From Bugula neritina (taxonomy: Eukaryota; Animalia; Bryozoa), in the NCBI GenBank assembly GCA_964035545.1, contig OZ037768.1, positions 22,849,319 to 22,913,318 of the forward strand: a DNA stretch of 64,000 nt, written 5' to 3'. Shown piece by piece: positions 63,032 to 64,000 of this stretch (the first letter of the stretch is position 1; each line of letters starts with the position of its first letter). Both the position numbers and the translations under genes were made by a program. The notes beneath the pieces are model-generated. The model saw nothing but the letters and a program-made list of their open reading frames with translations, was not told the origin of the DNA and did not search any database.

Positions 63032-64000
63032 GTAGTGTTACATTAATAAATACAGTTACAATAATGTTTTTACATAGTGTTACATTAGTAACTACAGCTA
63101 CAATAGTAAGTACAGTCATACTTCTTGGTATAAGTACAGCCACAGCGTTTAAGTCGGACTATTTATTAGTATTTCATTCTGTTCAACATGTAGTTTTAGA
63201 GTTGTCTACCCGGTTGCTAATATCGCTGCAACTATATCAACTCTACCCTTTGATCTCTTACAGTAATAGTTTCTCTGTACACAACTAAGGCAGGTTGAAT
63301 TCTGACCATAAAAGCCATGCTGAGGGAAAATCTATTTTTAAATCAGTCATTACTTTTGTTTTTGTGACAGCTTTATAAGTGATGCTATATTCGGGTGTGT
63401 CCAGCTAATGATTTGTGGAAAGACAGCAGTTTGACATGAGGTCATATCACGACATGGTTGTTTTCTTGTGAAAATATGTCAAACTTGTCTAGTATTTGTG
63501 CTTATTTACCATAGAGTTTGTTATAAATCAAGCTGAAATATGTTTGCACTAAAACATATAAACAATTTCTTCCCAAGATAATCATGTGGCAATAATCATA
63601 ATGATCTTTTGAACTGATTGTGTAAATTATCCGAGTTAATGGGTTGTGATTTGGAATGGAGAGAAGTGGGTTGCTCAGTTTTCACATGTACTTTGAGTAA
63701 TCCGGTAGCTATGTTGTAGCAGGTGCTGCCAGGTTGCTATGCAATGCTGCCACCTTTGTACCGATGAGTCATCTTCATCCCAACTGTGTTATATTTCTAA
63801 CAAGTTGGGAGTTGTCGCATTTTTCAACTGTATAAAAAATCAATAGTAATGAACTGTTCTTCATTACATCAATTTTATAAGTTTCTTGTTTGAATGCGTT
63901 GATGTTATAGTAATAATTTATTTATTATGGCTTTGCATCATAACTAATGAAGTGTGATACATTATCTATATGCGTTTCATTTAATGGTTATATTGTATAA

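Overview
AT-rich, intron-rich animal (invertebrate, probably lophotrochozoan; species not identifiable from this alone) genomic DNA. From left to right it contains: (1) the first coding exon of MED19 (- strand), head-to-head with (2) a complete 23-exon VPS50/syndetin gene (+, 4277-29269). VPS50 intron 6 carries a small same-strand nested C2H2 zinc-finger gene. VPS50 intron 10 carries an antisense, very young 6179-bp Bel/Pao LTR retrotransposon with LTRs identical by eye (451 bp), a CTGCT target-site duplication and one intact ~1.67-kaa ORF. That ORF keeps Gag, protease and integrase but has no reverse transcriptase and only a dead RNase H remnant. Further right are (3) a 5-exon orphan gene for a secreted single-Ig-domain protein (-, 30494-36836), divergent from (4) the first 19 coding exons of TTC28 (+, 37714 onward, running past the window end). 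There are also two MITEs, tRNA-derived repeats, and many minisatellites that hug, and in three cases duplicate, splice sites. All gene models were assembled by hand from splice signals, reading-frame phase and remembered family motifs; no database search was run.
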